From Fimbriosthenelais zetlandica (lineage: Eukaryota), in the NCBI GenBank assembly GCA_977030845.1, contig OZ365113.1:34596001-34660000 (forward strand): a DNA stretch of 64,000 nt, read 5' to 3'. Made by a program: the position numbers and the translations under genes. Shown here piece after piece: positions 25,101 through 37,045 of this stretch (its first letter is position 1; each line of letters starts with the position of its first letter). The notes under the pieces are model-generated. The model saw nothing but the letters and a program-made list of their open reading frames with translations. It was not told the origin of the DNA and did not search any database.

Positions 25101-28100
25101 TATATATCTATAGACATATGACCTGGGTCAATTAAATATCCTACTAATTTTGATTTTTATCTCACAGATATGCCTCTTCCAAGTATGCTTTGGCATATTC
25201 TGTGGATGCCAACCAACCCGCAGAAAGAGTGTCTCTGGACTCGGGCGATCCTGCTGAAATCTTAGCCAACTATGTTCATCACAGAGGCGACAGACTTTCT
25301 AAATTCCCATACAAGCGTGTCGAGATCTACTGGCCATTCCCTCTCCTACAGGTAACCATTTATATAGGACTCATTTCATAATATAAAATATGAGAATAGA
25401 TTATGAAACGGGCAAAGGATCACCTGTGAAAATGGGGACTGGGTTCTATTGATTTTCCTCTGGATGCAGCCCTGAGTTGACAACAGACCCCAAATAGGCT
25501 TAGTGGACTATGTTAAGTTAATCATCTAATATAATGTTGTACAGGGTGGAATCGTGATCGTAGACAGCCCTGGTATCGGGGAGAGCCGGGATATGACACG
25601 GGTCGTCAAGGAGTTCCTACCATCAGCCTTCGCCTTCATCTATGTTATCAATAGCAGCAATGCTGGCGGTCTCCAACCAGACCGGGTAAGTACATGATAC
25701 AACATTAACATGATCAATAGAATATGATAATTTAGCCTCGGGCGTTTTTCGCAGTTTTCCCACAGACATAACATGAGAGGATCAAACTAAAAAACGGACC
25801 CCTAGCTCGTAAAAATATACTAAACTAATGGTCTTCTGGTTTTCAGCTTCAAGATTTACTGGCTCAAATTAGCCGTCAAAATGACGATAACTCCGCCTTC
25901 AACCCCCGGTCGGCCATCTTTGTTTGTAACAAGTGGGACCTTGTGCCCCTGGAGGAAGTGGATCAAGTGAGGAATGACACATGCGCAAAGCTGCGCTCCT
26001 GCTGGAGTGGCGTTCATTCTTCACAGATTTTTGAAATGTCAACCACCAAGGTGAGGTTAAAGGTTATTTTTAGGGTTCATAGATGCCCTGGAAAATCCTG
26101 AGAGGCCCTGGAAAACAAGTCAGACTCATGAAAAAAGATTTGGACCTTGATCTTGGAAAAATTCAATTATGTGATGGAAATGCCCTGGAATTGTGGTTCC
26201 TCTGACACTACGAACCCTGTCCTTAATTCACAGATCATTACCCCTTGTTAAATTGTATGATTGTGTTCCAATTAATGATATTTTTACAGATAATCTTCAA
26301 GAAATAGGACAGGTTATTACATGAGAAATCGTAATAACAATATATTACATTTGCACTGCTCTGATCAGTGAAGTTCTGTTTGCTTTCAGGCCAGTAAATC
26401 ATTGAAGGAATCAGATTACGTCACTCAGGATCTGGCTCATTTACTAGAAGGCATAGAGGCTCTGCTTCCAATCAGCCTCAGATGCAAGCTGGAGGTCCAC
26501 TACAGGTAAAGGAAACATTATATTATGTACCTGAGGTTGAATATCTCACCTTAAATGCATCTGTCCCTTGTTGATGTGTCCCTGCTCAATTTGACCTGAA
26601 AGTTCTGAAACCCTTTGACTTTCTTGAAACTTAGTACATTCATAATAGTTAAATTTATTCCAGCAAATAGCTGATTTCAGTATAACTATTGGAGTATGCA
26701 TATTTAGGGGGAGGGGAGTTCGCTTGGTTAGTTAGAGATTTAGGGGGTTGCCATTTAGGGTTGGCGCGGTTCAATCCCCGACCTGTCCAAAGCATTTTCA
26801 CGGCCTCCTTCTTCAGGGTGTTGGAAACGTTGAACTTTTATACATTCTATTTTCACCTTCAAAATGTCATTATAATTGTAGATGGTTAATCCAGCTGCTT
26901 CGCCGCTCGGCCTTCTACCTTCGCGTCCACATTGCTAACGAGACGCGTTCTGACGAGGAACGGAAGGAACTGACGGAACATCTCACCAACCAGCTCGACC
27001 GACTTCACACCGAGGCTAACCGGGTCATGGCGGAACTGAAGGCCGAGGTGTACGAGCGTGCGCAGAAAGCCTGCGACGATCTCATAGCACACCTGGATGC
27101 GCCTGCTACAAGGGCTAGGCTGCTGCTATGGCAGGTAATATTGCATCCATGTTTTCCTTTGACATGCATGCATAGAACTTGGTATCGTTGAATTTATTTT
27201 TTAAATGTGCTAGAATTTTGAGAACAAGCCCAGAGAAATTGACTTGTGATATTTTAAGGTAAATACATATTACTTGAAACACATGAAATGAACATTGCAC
27301 TGTAAATTTAGGGATGACCTAATAGGATGAATGTGATTTCATTTAATAAACGTTAAGAAATACATACTTGAAATTGCTCATGGCCTCAATTGCCTCTCTA
27401 ATTGCTAATGATTATATTTGGCGAATATAGAATGATCGTGTCGCTATAAAACCAGCAGTGGGAACTTGTTTAGCGTTGACAATAGGTGACTTTGATCTGT
27501 GGGCGTGTGATTTCATTGTACAGGAGAGTGAATGCCCTGATGGCAGTGACTGGGAGGCACTCCAAGAGCTGCTCATCGCCAAGGTCAATAAGAGAATCAG
27601 ACGCGAGGTCAATGACTGGGATCAGAGGAACGGGGTCTTCCAGGTAAATAGTTCATCCCTTCTCACAACATTGCTTTTTTATGGGAGGTATTTGGGAGGT
27701 GTGTGGCGGGGGAGTTCATATTACGGATAGAAAACCTCGTTAATCTGCCAGTGTATTTCCAGTTAAGCCTGCTGTAACTATGCATTGCTGTTTGCTACTA
27801 ACAATTAGCACTGTATTTCAAATTTCATTCATTTTGTTTCAACATTTGGTTCTAAATGCATGCCCATTTACTGCTGCAAAATGTATTGCTCTATCAGAAA
27901 TTAATGCATTCTCATTGAAGGAGCATTTTGCTCGATCACATGCCATGCATGAGAGATTGTTACATCGATGTCTCATTATATTCACTAGGAGATTCAGATG
28001 AGCATGCTCCACAAGTTCCAACAGGAGTTTGAGCTAATGGAGGACCAACTGGGCGTCATTGAGGGTAACATGATCGGCTCCCGTTGTTCGAGAATTGACA

Positions 28101-30682
28101 CCCACGCCGCGCTGCGACAAATGCACCTCCAGCAGCGACCCAATCTCACCACAGGTCAAAAAATAGCACTTGGTATGGCTGCCCCCATCCTTCTCCCACT
28201 CGGGGTGGTTGCCGGATTTTTTGTTCTTCCAGTTGCCGGCGTTCGAGCGATAAGGAACAAACTAAGTGAGATGAAACTACTGAAAAGTTACAGAGAAAAC
28301 AAAGAGAAAACCTTAACCACAATGACTCAGGAGATATTGGACAGTTTCATTGAAAAGAGTGCACTCTCTCGTCTGATTAGGGAACAATTGCAGGTCGTGA
28401 CTGCCAACATGGAAACAATGCTTTCCAGTATACCTAACATTGTAGCTGCAGATCGAATACTCATAGAACGGTTACAAAACGAAAGGAACCAATCAGAGGT
28501 TGCCTTAGCTGAACAACTATTACCCATGTATCAAAAATGCATTGAGCACCAAGGAAGACTAGATTTATTTTATGCCGAAAAGATTAGGACTTATGATGTG
28601 GATATGGCGGATTTACAGTGGGATCCCTCTAGGCCACCTATTGCCTCAGGCACTTTTGGTGATGTTTACGCCGGACTGTGGAAAAATGGAAATGATAATG
28701 AAATACCCGTGGCTGTAAAGTTACGCAGAGAAGTGCTGGACCAAAGCAATATTACTGAGCTATTGATAGAGGAAGAAAACCTGAAGTAAGTTCACTTTTG
28801 TTACATCCAAGCTCCCATAATGAATGTTTCAGAGAACACAGACTTGACGGTTTTATTTTGTGACTAGTGTCTATATTATTGCTTTTGAAGGACCCACGGT
28901 CTTGTATTTGTGAAGGACCTTAGGTCCTGTATTTGGGAAGGCCAATAGGTTCTGTATTTGGAAAAGACCTCAGGACCTCAGAACCTTGAGTAGGTTCTGT
29001 ATTTTGGAAAGGCCCTTAGGTCCTGTATTTGGAAAGGAGCTACCTTAGCTAAAAGATACAATTCAAAATCTTTTGGTAGGCCCCATACCAGTCCTGATCT
29101 AATCATTTTTCCTTTTTATACTTCAGGAGACTCCATCATGAAAATATAGTTAAATATTTTGGGACCTGCGCACGCAGACAGGAACCTGAAGGTCCCCTTC
29201 AGATCCTGATGTTAATGGAGAAATGTGAAAGCACTTTACGTGCACGTATCATCGGAAAGAAGGCCAAGAGCCCCGGTAAACTGGGCGACAACAAAGCCAT
29301 GATGCTCGAGGCACAAAGACGTGTACGCAGCTACTGCAGCCAGCTATGTGCAGCTTTAATGTACATGCACGAACGTGGCTTAGTACATAGGGATCTCAAA
29401 CCGCAAAATATACTGGTAAGGTTCTGATTATTTCTTCTAAAACTATGCATTCCATACATTAAATATAACATGGGTTGAAAATCATGAATATCGCGTTTTG
29501 TAAATGAAACGAAATATTTGATTTTCTGATCTGCACATAGAAAAATTGAAGTATTGTAGGTTAATTCATAGTTCTAATATATTTAGAATTTGTTGTGTTT
29601 TCAACAGTTAAATGTTGCCTTGCCTGCAGCTCATGAGATGCTAAGATTTCTTTGGTTTATTATTGTAATGGCTATATTCCACTTCAATGTTGTAGAAAAT
29701 GAGGTCAATGACCTAAGGGACCACCTATTGAAATTCAATGAAAGTAAGTTATTAACAAATCTGGAAATATTGCCTGTTAATTCACCATCTTTTATATGCA
29801 CCAATGAAGCCAAAGAAGTCTCAATCCAAGCTTTCTTTTGTCATCTGTAGAAAGGAGTCAAGAAATTGACGTTTGAGCAAATAGGTTACTAAGAAAAATC
29901 AATCATTATTCCCTTCGCCTACTCAGTGAAGTTATTGCCAACTCTAGACACCCCCCCCCCCCCCCAACCCTCCACCAGGTGACTCCAGATAGGCATTTTT
30001 CATTAGGTTTTGTTTTCAGAGGGAGTAGGCCTAAATACATTCTGCTAAAATCCGTTGCATTCCCTCACTCTCTTGCCACACACCCACTCTCACTATCGCA
30101 CCCATTCACTCGCTCAACACCATGGTATACCATCTCTCCAGAAGATTAAAATCTGTGAAATGTTATTTGTAGGTTAATTTTAAATCAACTGAAAGCCCAT
30201 GAAATACATTATGCTACACCTATTCAGTTCCATTCATACCTATATCATAAATATCCAAACTGTCTTAAAGGCTTTTCTCTCATCTTATTTCACAGCTGAA
30301 CAAACTTGAAGTGGTGAAGATAGCCGACGTGGGTTTAACCAAACCAGAGCGGGATATATCTGGAACTATCTGTGGTACCACTGCCTACTCCGCCCCAGAA
30401 GTCATGGAAGGCATTTCATATGACAAAGCAGCCGACATGTACAGTTTCGCCATTATCGCCTGGGAGTTATGGTACGGTAGGGGAGTGGGCGATGAAATTC
30501 TCTCCCTCCAGAAGGGGAACATTGAGACGGCCATCAGATCGGGAGCGAGGCCGAGATTCAGTGCGCATGCGCCGAGCACTGAATGGCGGGATGTGATTGA
30601 ACTGTGTTGGAACTGTGACCCAAGGAAAAGGTTGACTGCCAAGCAGTCGTACGACTACTTCACTAGCCTCAAAGATATATGA
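22100..30682 (+). CDS. Dynamin-like (mitofusin/BDLP-type) GTPase fused to a C-terminal protein kinase, DSTYK/Dusty-like architecture; 12 exons, 999 aa
   Basis: Exons with GT-AG ends and consistent phases: 22100-22297, 23873-24080, 24450-24552, 25168-25351, 25545-25685, 25847-26050, 26390-26505, 26882-27134, 27524-27643, 27989-28785, 29127-29415, 30296-30682 (sum 3000 nt). GTPase motifs: G1 GEVSAGKS, G2 region SCTSTICE, G3 DSPG, G4 NKWD. Kinase motifs: ASGTFGDVY, VAVK, HRDLKPQN, DVG, GTTAYSAPE, DMYSF. Linking exon 1 to exon 2 is inferred from matching phase-0 splice sites. Confidence 0.9.
28887..29037. repeat. ~25-bp degenerate tandem repeat in intron 10 of the dynamin-kinase gene
   Basis: gaaggaccttaggtcctgtatttgg-like unit, 5-6 copies. 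Confidence 0.8.
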
Positions 30683-32846
30683 AACATATCCAATAGAACA
30701 ATGATGATATCATTTAATTATTGTACATTTATTAATTGAATTATATTCCTCGCGCATATTTTATTACTTATCATAAATTTACAACATTCTGCTGAAGTTG
30801 TTTTCCCCTTCATTTTTTACAAGGCCTATTTTATCATTTTATATTTTGTTATTAATAACTCATCGTCTTTCAGTTGATACATATAGCTTGAAGCCATTTG
30901 TTTTTGTTATCAACCACGTGATGTATTCTGTCTATATTGAATCTTAATTCATTATTTAATGAATAACTTTATGATCTGCGTTCAAAGAGTATTTTGCTGA
31001 TCTTACCATTGCTGTAGCATTTCCCCCAAGATTTAATTCTTCATATTTTAAATTGTATATTTGTGCATATTGAAAAAGGATGCAATCTTCAGCGCGAAAA
31101 TATTCTTAACACTATTACGAATTGCTAAGCATTAGATCGTAATTTTGTTATGTTAAGACGGCATCACATTAGTCAGATTTTCGTTATAATTTACTTTATA
31201 AGTACAACTAGCTTTTGAAAATAGGAGCATCTGCAAAGTTAAACACGAACCTGAGACAGATGCTCAAGTAAGACCTAAGAGCAATGTTTAACACAATACT
31301 TTAACCTTTGGAGGAAATCCATGCATGTCCATAAGACTTTAGTCGATTAAGTTGCTGGGCTCGAAAACATTGGAGTGTGGATTCATTATTTCTGGTTACT
31401 TTACCTTCTGTGGTCAAGACACTTTTTGAGGTTCAACCCTCTGTTGAGTCGCTTTGTGAACCAGTGTTAATTCATTACTATTGTTTGTATATATGTGTGC
31501 CAAATAATACATACAACAAAACTGTATTATATAAAGGTGCTGTTAACTTTAGCTATAATGTGAAATAAACAACTGAATGTCAGTTGTAATCTAAATGTTA
31601 AAACTCAATGGTTTTATAACCATTATCTATTTGCTACGCATATGATAAGGCAACTGTTGCCATGATGGGAGATCTCATTAATCCCATACCTGTTATCAGT
31701 TATCGCTACCTGCGATTATCAGCATGTCTTCACATGCATATGGCTAAACTTACAAGGTTACATCTTTCTAACATTATCGTCTACTTTTAGGAAATGTTGT
31801 AAATGGAATTGCTTCATCACGAAGAAAAAAACACTAGTTTTTAGATTTTTTTTATATGTCGATAGCCTCTATACTATTATAGCAGTCGTGTGATGTAATG
31901 TAAATGTACGCAGAAGACTCAATGTGATAGCCTATAAATCTGATACAATCCTGTAGACTCATTACTGATAAGATAGTGTATGCACTGAATATCCTGTCCA
32001 TTCCCGAGCTTTCAGGATAGTAAACTTAGAACTAATTCCAATTATAAAATCTTGAGAAGATGTGTAATTTTGCCGTGTAGTTTGTTGGTTCCGAAGGTTT
32101 GAAATGCACTGTTGGGTCTCTTTTTAGTCTTGGATAATAATAACATTTTTCTAAATCATTAATTTATTGTGTAAGGAATTGTTACTATGGAAATCTTTTT
32201 GATAGAAAACTGGGGTAAAGCTTGGAGAATGCCTTCTTACGCAATTGTTGCTTGTTGTAATGATATGGGATATAAATGCTTTCATTTAAAACAAAACGTT
32301 TTTATTCATTTATTTAGTTTATCCGAATATTTAATATTGGTAGAAATGTCTAATATACAGGTATTTTATTTATTTAGTTCAATATAGTGTGTCAATAATC
32401 CTGGTCACTTTAGATGTTACAAGGGTTATTTTTTTTATCCAGGTATGACATTCCTTATCAGTCATATTTATCTGAACCCAGGTTAGTTTTGGTGCACTTA
32501 TATAATAGGGGACAACTTTCCAAATGTTCTACCTATATTTCCTGATATATTTTGATCATATCTACCCTTTATTAAGTATACTTGACCGTGGCTTTCCATA
32601 CTATTTTTCTTTCTATATCATTTAAAAACTATCCTTCTACATGTAGTTAGTTCCATCGTTTTTCTTTCTGATAATTTTTGTTTTCAGATTATCAGGAGGT
32701 ATGATTAATTTTTGTGGAGTGCCCTCCACTTAGTTAGGATCACCAGGACGTCAACCTCTATATCTGTAGCTTATATTTAGTTCATCAGATCTAGTATTAA
32801 TCTTTGTGAAGCAGCTGACGTTCCCACACACACCTCTACAGCAAGC

Positions 32847-35800
32847 ATGCCTCTACTACCGGGTGTCCAGGACGGTGAGTTACCTTATACATCTACATTA
32901 TATACATTATACATTATAGGGAATCAAACGCGTCTACCATAGGGAATTTATAGGGAACAAACCCCTCTTCCATAGGGAAACCAGAGGGTATCATTCGCGT
33001 CTACCATGGTACCATAGGGAATAATCTAGAGGGTATTAGACGGGTCTATCATAGCCCTCATATAGGCCTACATATAATTATGTATATCCAGCGACTGTTT
33101 AGATTAATGTAAAATACATTATCTGTTCCTCAAGGTGATGTCACCAAAGCAGCCGACCCACAGGATGAGGTGACAGGTAAGTTAAATTTGTCTCCAGTAT
33201 CTTTATGACCATGTATTATGATAAAATATATACTACTCGGAGGAAGATGTTTCTGCTATACCACTTTTGGTTGGGGTCTGATTCCAGGTACATTCAGAGT
33301 GAAGTCTGGTTTAGCCCAGATGGTCAAAGGTGGGGTGGTCATGGATGTGGTCAACGCTGAACAGGCGCGTATCGCTGAGGAAGCTGGGGTAGGTTCTGTA
33401 CTTTGAAAAAACAAATTTATTCACATAGATGTAAAACGTAGGACCTTACGAAAGTTCTTAGGACGTCATTGATGGGTCCAGAGGTGTCTTCCACGCCTAG
33501 AAATGGCCAGAATCTTTTCTTACTCTTCAGGCATGCGCTGTGATGGCTTTGGAGAGAGTTCCTGCTGATATTAGAAAGGATGGTGGTGTGGCCCGTATGG
33601 CAGATCCTAAGGTAATTTGCCATGATTTTAGACAATTATTTCATTAAATTTGTAGCCATTGGTTACCCTTGGCGGGGTACCCATTGCTCAGTCAGGAATA
33701 ATTAAAAGGTCCCGAAGGACGAAGTCAAACAATTTACAAAAATAAATGTAATACAGGAAAAAACTTTACTTGTAGATGATCAAGGAAATCATCAACACAG
33801 TGACCATCCCTGTGATGGGGAAAGCCCGCGTGGGACATTTTGCAGAGGCTCAGATTTTAGAAGTTCTAGGAGTAGATATGGTTGATGAATCCGAAGGTAA
33901 GATATGATAAGATTGGAACATGTGAACAGATATGCACATTTATGCAGGACTAATCTACAGTAAAGTCTGTATCACAACACTCTAATCAAGATACCATTTA
34001 TAATTACTATCTTACATTTTGTAACAGTATTGACATCGGCTGACGCAGAAAACCACATAGATAAGCGCCGGTTCAAGACGCCATTTGTGTGTGGAGCTAG
34101 GAACCTGGGTGAGGCCCTGAGGAGAATAGCCGAGGGTGCTGCCATGATCAGAACCAAAGGCGAGGCAGGAACAGGTAAATTACATGTACTCACAATTTTA
34201 TGATAAAGTTTCTTTCCCTCTCAATATTGACATGATTCGTGACGATGATTAATCATATACGGGGTTGCCTCTTCAAAATTTGTTTAAAAGGTTTTGGATG
34301 GGGGGGGGGAGAACCGTCTTTCTACTGTTTCTTAATCCTGAAAAAAATCCAGAGATCACTGAATGATCAAGGCACTTGGTCTTGTTGTCAGGTAATGTGA
34401 TAGAAGCAGTGCGACATGCTCGTCGTATCAGGAGGGAGATAGCCCTGGCTCAGGCCATGGATGAGACAGAACTCTACTCTTATGCCAAACAACTCCAGGT
34501 TCCTCATGATCTCCTGCGACAAACTGCCAAAATGGGCAGACTCCCTGTCGTCAATTTCGCTGCTGGTGGCATTGGTAGGTATAAATTTGTATCATACAAG
34601 AAAATATCTATTTGTATAATATTGAATGAAAGTAAAATATGTATAGTGCATTTAGGAATGCTACAGAGATATTACGGAGATAACGTAGACTGTTTATGCC
34701 TATACATACTACATGTATGATTGAACATCGCGCCCCGTTACGATACTAAGAACTACTAAGGCGCCACCCTCGGCTGTAGTAGGAACTAAAGCTCAGACCT
34801 CTATTATCGCTCACAACAACGCTACTTCTTTCCTCTCGCCATTTCCATAAATCGTAGCTCTGTTCTTTTATATGTGATGAATTCTCCATGTAAATCTACC
34901 GACTGATTTCAATTTTAAGCCATTTAGGAATTGTATTTGATCTACAAACGTCGTCTGAAAATTCTGAGCGACGCCCCATTCACTCAACATTGAGCATTAG
35001 TTCCCACGTTTGCCGTATTGGTCGAGAGGGAGCCACCAGACTGTCAACTTTAATTCACCGTAGAGTTTATACTAGTCGCGCAGTTGAGAGCACCGACCCT
35101 TCGGCCAAATCCCCTATTATCGGTCACAACAAAACCGCATGCCGTTTATAGGATTACACACAGTTTACCTCTGTTATTTTGCATGCCATGAATTTTTCAT
35201 GAAAATCTACCTAAGGATTTTAATTTTGGTTTATGTGGTTGCTTTCATAAATCTATAAACGCCGTCTGGAAATTCCAAGCGACGCTCCATTGATTCAGCA
35301 TTGGCGGTTAGTTCTCAGTTTAGCCGGTGGTGGGGTAGTAGCATGAGGCCGAAAGAACTAACCTCAGTTCATTCCTTTGCCGTATAGATCGGGAGGGCGC
35401 CACCGGACAATTCCTTGTAGAGTGTTTATAAGTAGCGCAGTTGCGAGCACTGACCGATCGGCCAAATCCCCTATTATCGGTCACAACAAAACCGCTTGCC
35501 GTTTATAGGATTTAACACAGTTTACCTCTGTTATTTTGCATACCATGAATTCTTCATGAAAATCTACCTAAGGATTTTAATTTTGGTTTATGTGATCTTA
35601 TGTGGGTGCTTTCATAAATCTATAAACGCCGTCTGGAAATTCCAAGCGACGCTCCATTGATTCAGCATTGGCGGTTAGTTCTCAGTTTAGCCGGTGGTGG
35701 GGTAGTAGCATGGGGCCGAAAGAACTAGGCCTAACCTCAGTTCATTCGTTTGCCGTATTAGATCGCGCCACCGGACGATCAACTTTAATTCCTTGTAGAG

Positions 35801-36678
35801 TCGGCACTGAATATAGGCCAAAGCCATTATCGTCACGCCTCAATGCGCTAAGCCGAAAGGCCTACTGTAGCACTAACAGACCAGTCGCGCACAGTCCACT
35901 CGAGAGTAACGTAACGTTAGCCTAGGCCTATTTAAGGAAAGTAGGTAGGCCTATGCCCAATAAGCTTATGGGTGGATCTAGTGTTTAGGAGGGAATTTAG
36001 TGGGTAAACTGCGAAAGGGGTTTAGAGGAAGGGGTGGGGTGGGGGTCCAGCACAAGTTGTGACCAAAGAAAATTACTATTTGGGAAAAAGATTCCTCATC
36101 AGCAATTATGGACTAATATTCCATTTTCCCCTCTCCCCCCCCCCCCCTTATACTTTTCTCACCCTCTCTCTATCTTCCATACATCTCTCTCTCTCCCGCT
36201 CTCTTCCTCTCTCTCTCTCCCTCTGAAAACCTATGCTGAATTTAAGGAAATATTCAGGTAGGCCTAGCCTATATTGAGATACAAATCAGACTGCTTTATG
36301 TCATGAATTTATATATCTGTTTACAGCCACACCTGCTGACGTGTCTCTCATGATGCAGCTTGGTGTGGATGGCGTCTTTGTCGGTTCAGGAATATTTAAG
36401 TCCAACAACCCAGAGAAGAGAGCAGCCGCCATCGTACAGGCCTGCACTCATTATAAAGACCCTAAAGTCTTAGCTCAAGTCAGCGAGGACCTGGGAGAAG
36501 CTATGGTAGGTTTTCTTTAGTTTTCGTTTGAGGATATTTTGACACTATTGCTCCGATTTCAATAAATTTGCTTAGCAAATACACGTGTTTTAAAATTTGA
36601 AATGTTTTCCTCCAGGTTGGAATCAACTGTGATGATCTAAAGACAAAATGGGCCATCAGGGAGAGCAAGATGGATTGA
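32847..36678 (+). CDS. PDX1: Pyridoxal 5'-phosphate synthase subunit PDX1 (SNZ/PdxS family); 9 exons, 314 aa
   Basis: Exons 32847-32874, 33135-33176, 33288-33388, 33531-33611, 33776-33896, 34028-34174, 34392-34574, 36327-36505, 36616-36678 (945 nt). Family motifs: [84 protein letters not shown]. The start codon and first micro-exon are less certain. Confidence 0.95.
32925..33050. repeat. Short degenerate repeats in PDX1 intron 1
   Basis: Recurrent (cgcgtctac)catagggaa motif, about 5 partial copies. Confidence 0.5.
34800..35840. repeat. ~355-bp tandem repeat, about 3 copies, in PDX1 intron 7
   Basis: The anchor ctattatcg(g/c)tcacaacaa recurs near 34800, 35113 and 35472, with a remnant near 35825. 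Units 35101-35459 and 35460-35830 are nearly identical; the first unit is diverged. Confidence 0.85.
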
Positions 36679-36974
36679 TCTGACGGTCTTAATTTCACCA
36701 GGATTTTCCATCTGATTTCAAAGTGAAAATTATCAGCTGAAAATATGGAAAAAATAACTGTGAACCCATAGAAATCTGATGCGCTGATCAGTACGACTCC
36801 CATATTGTCAAAGATGTCCCATAGGTGTTTTTTGAGAGTAAAAAATAAATTGTTTCTATCTTCCATTGACTTAGTGATAACTTCAGGATAAAGAAAAGGC
36901 AAGACAAATCTTGAAGCCCTCGTAAGAAAAAAGAACGAATTCATAAAAGCAGATCCTTTCTGGTAAAATAAGCC

Positions 36975-37045
36975 ATGCCAGATCGGTGTTCGAACCCACG
37001 ACCTCTCACTTCGTGTGCCATCGCTCTAAACGCATGCCCGCAGAG
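36975..37045 (-). mobile_element. Degenerate tRNA-derived SINE-like head
   Basis: The minus strand reads ...gcgtttagagcgatggcacacgaagtgagaggtcgtgggttcgaacacc..., with a B-box-like GGTTCGAAC and a degraded 5' part. Confidence 0.35.

Noticed and set aside
22100-30682. Naming the gene DSTYK
   Set aside because: The architecture is similar, but the kinase motifs (HRDLKPQN, DVG) do not let me claim orthology without a phylogeny.
34800-35870. Hammerhead ribozyme/retrozyme, suggested by atgaggccgaaag and gccgaaaggcc
   Set aside because: No CTGANGA core in the right geometry on either strand; kept only as an unexplained structured repeat.
32847-36678. PDX1 as bacterial contamination or very recent horizontal transfer
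   Set aside because: Eight canonical spliceosomal introns and host-type flanking repeats; ancient transfer is not excluded.
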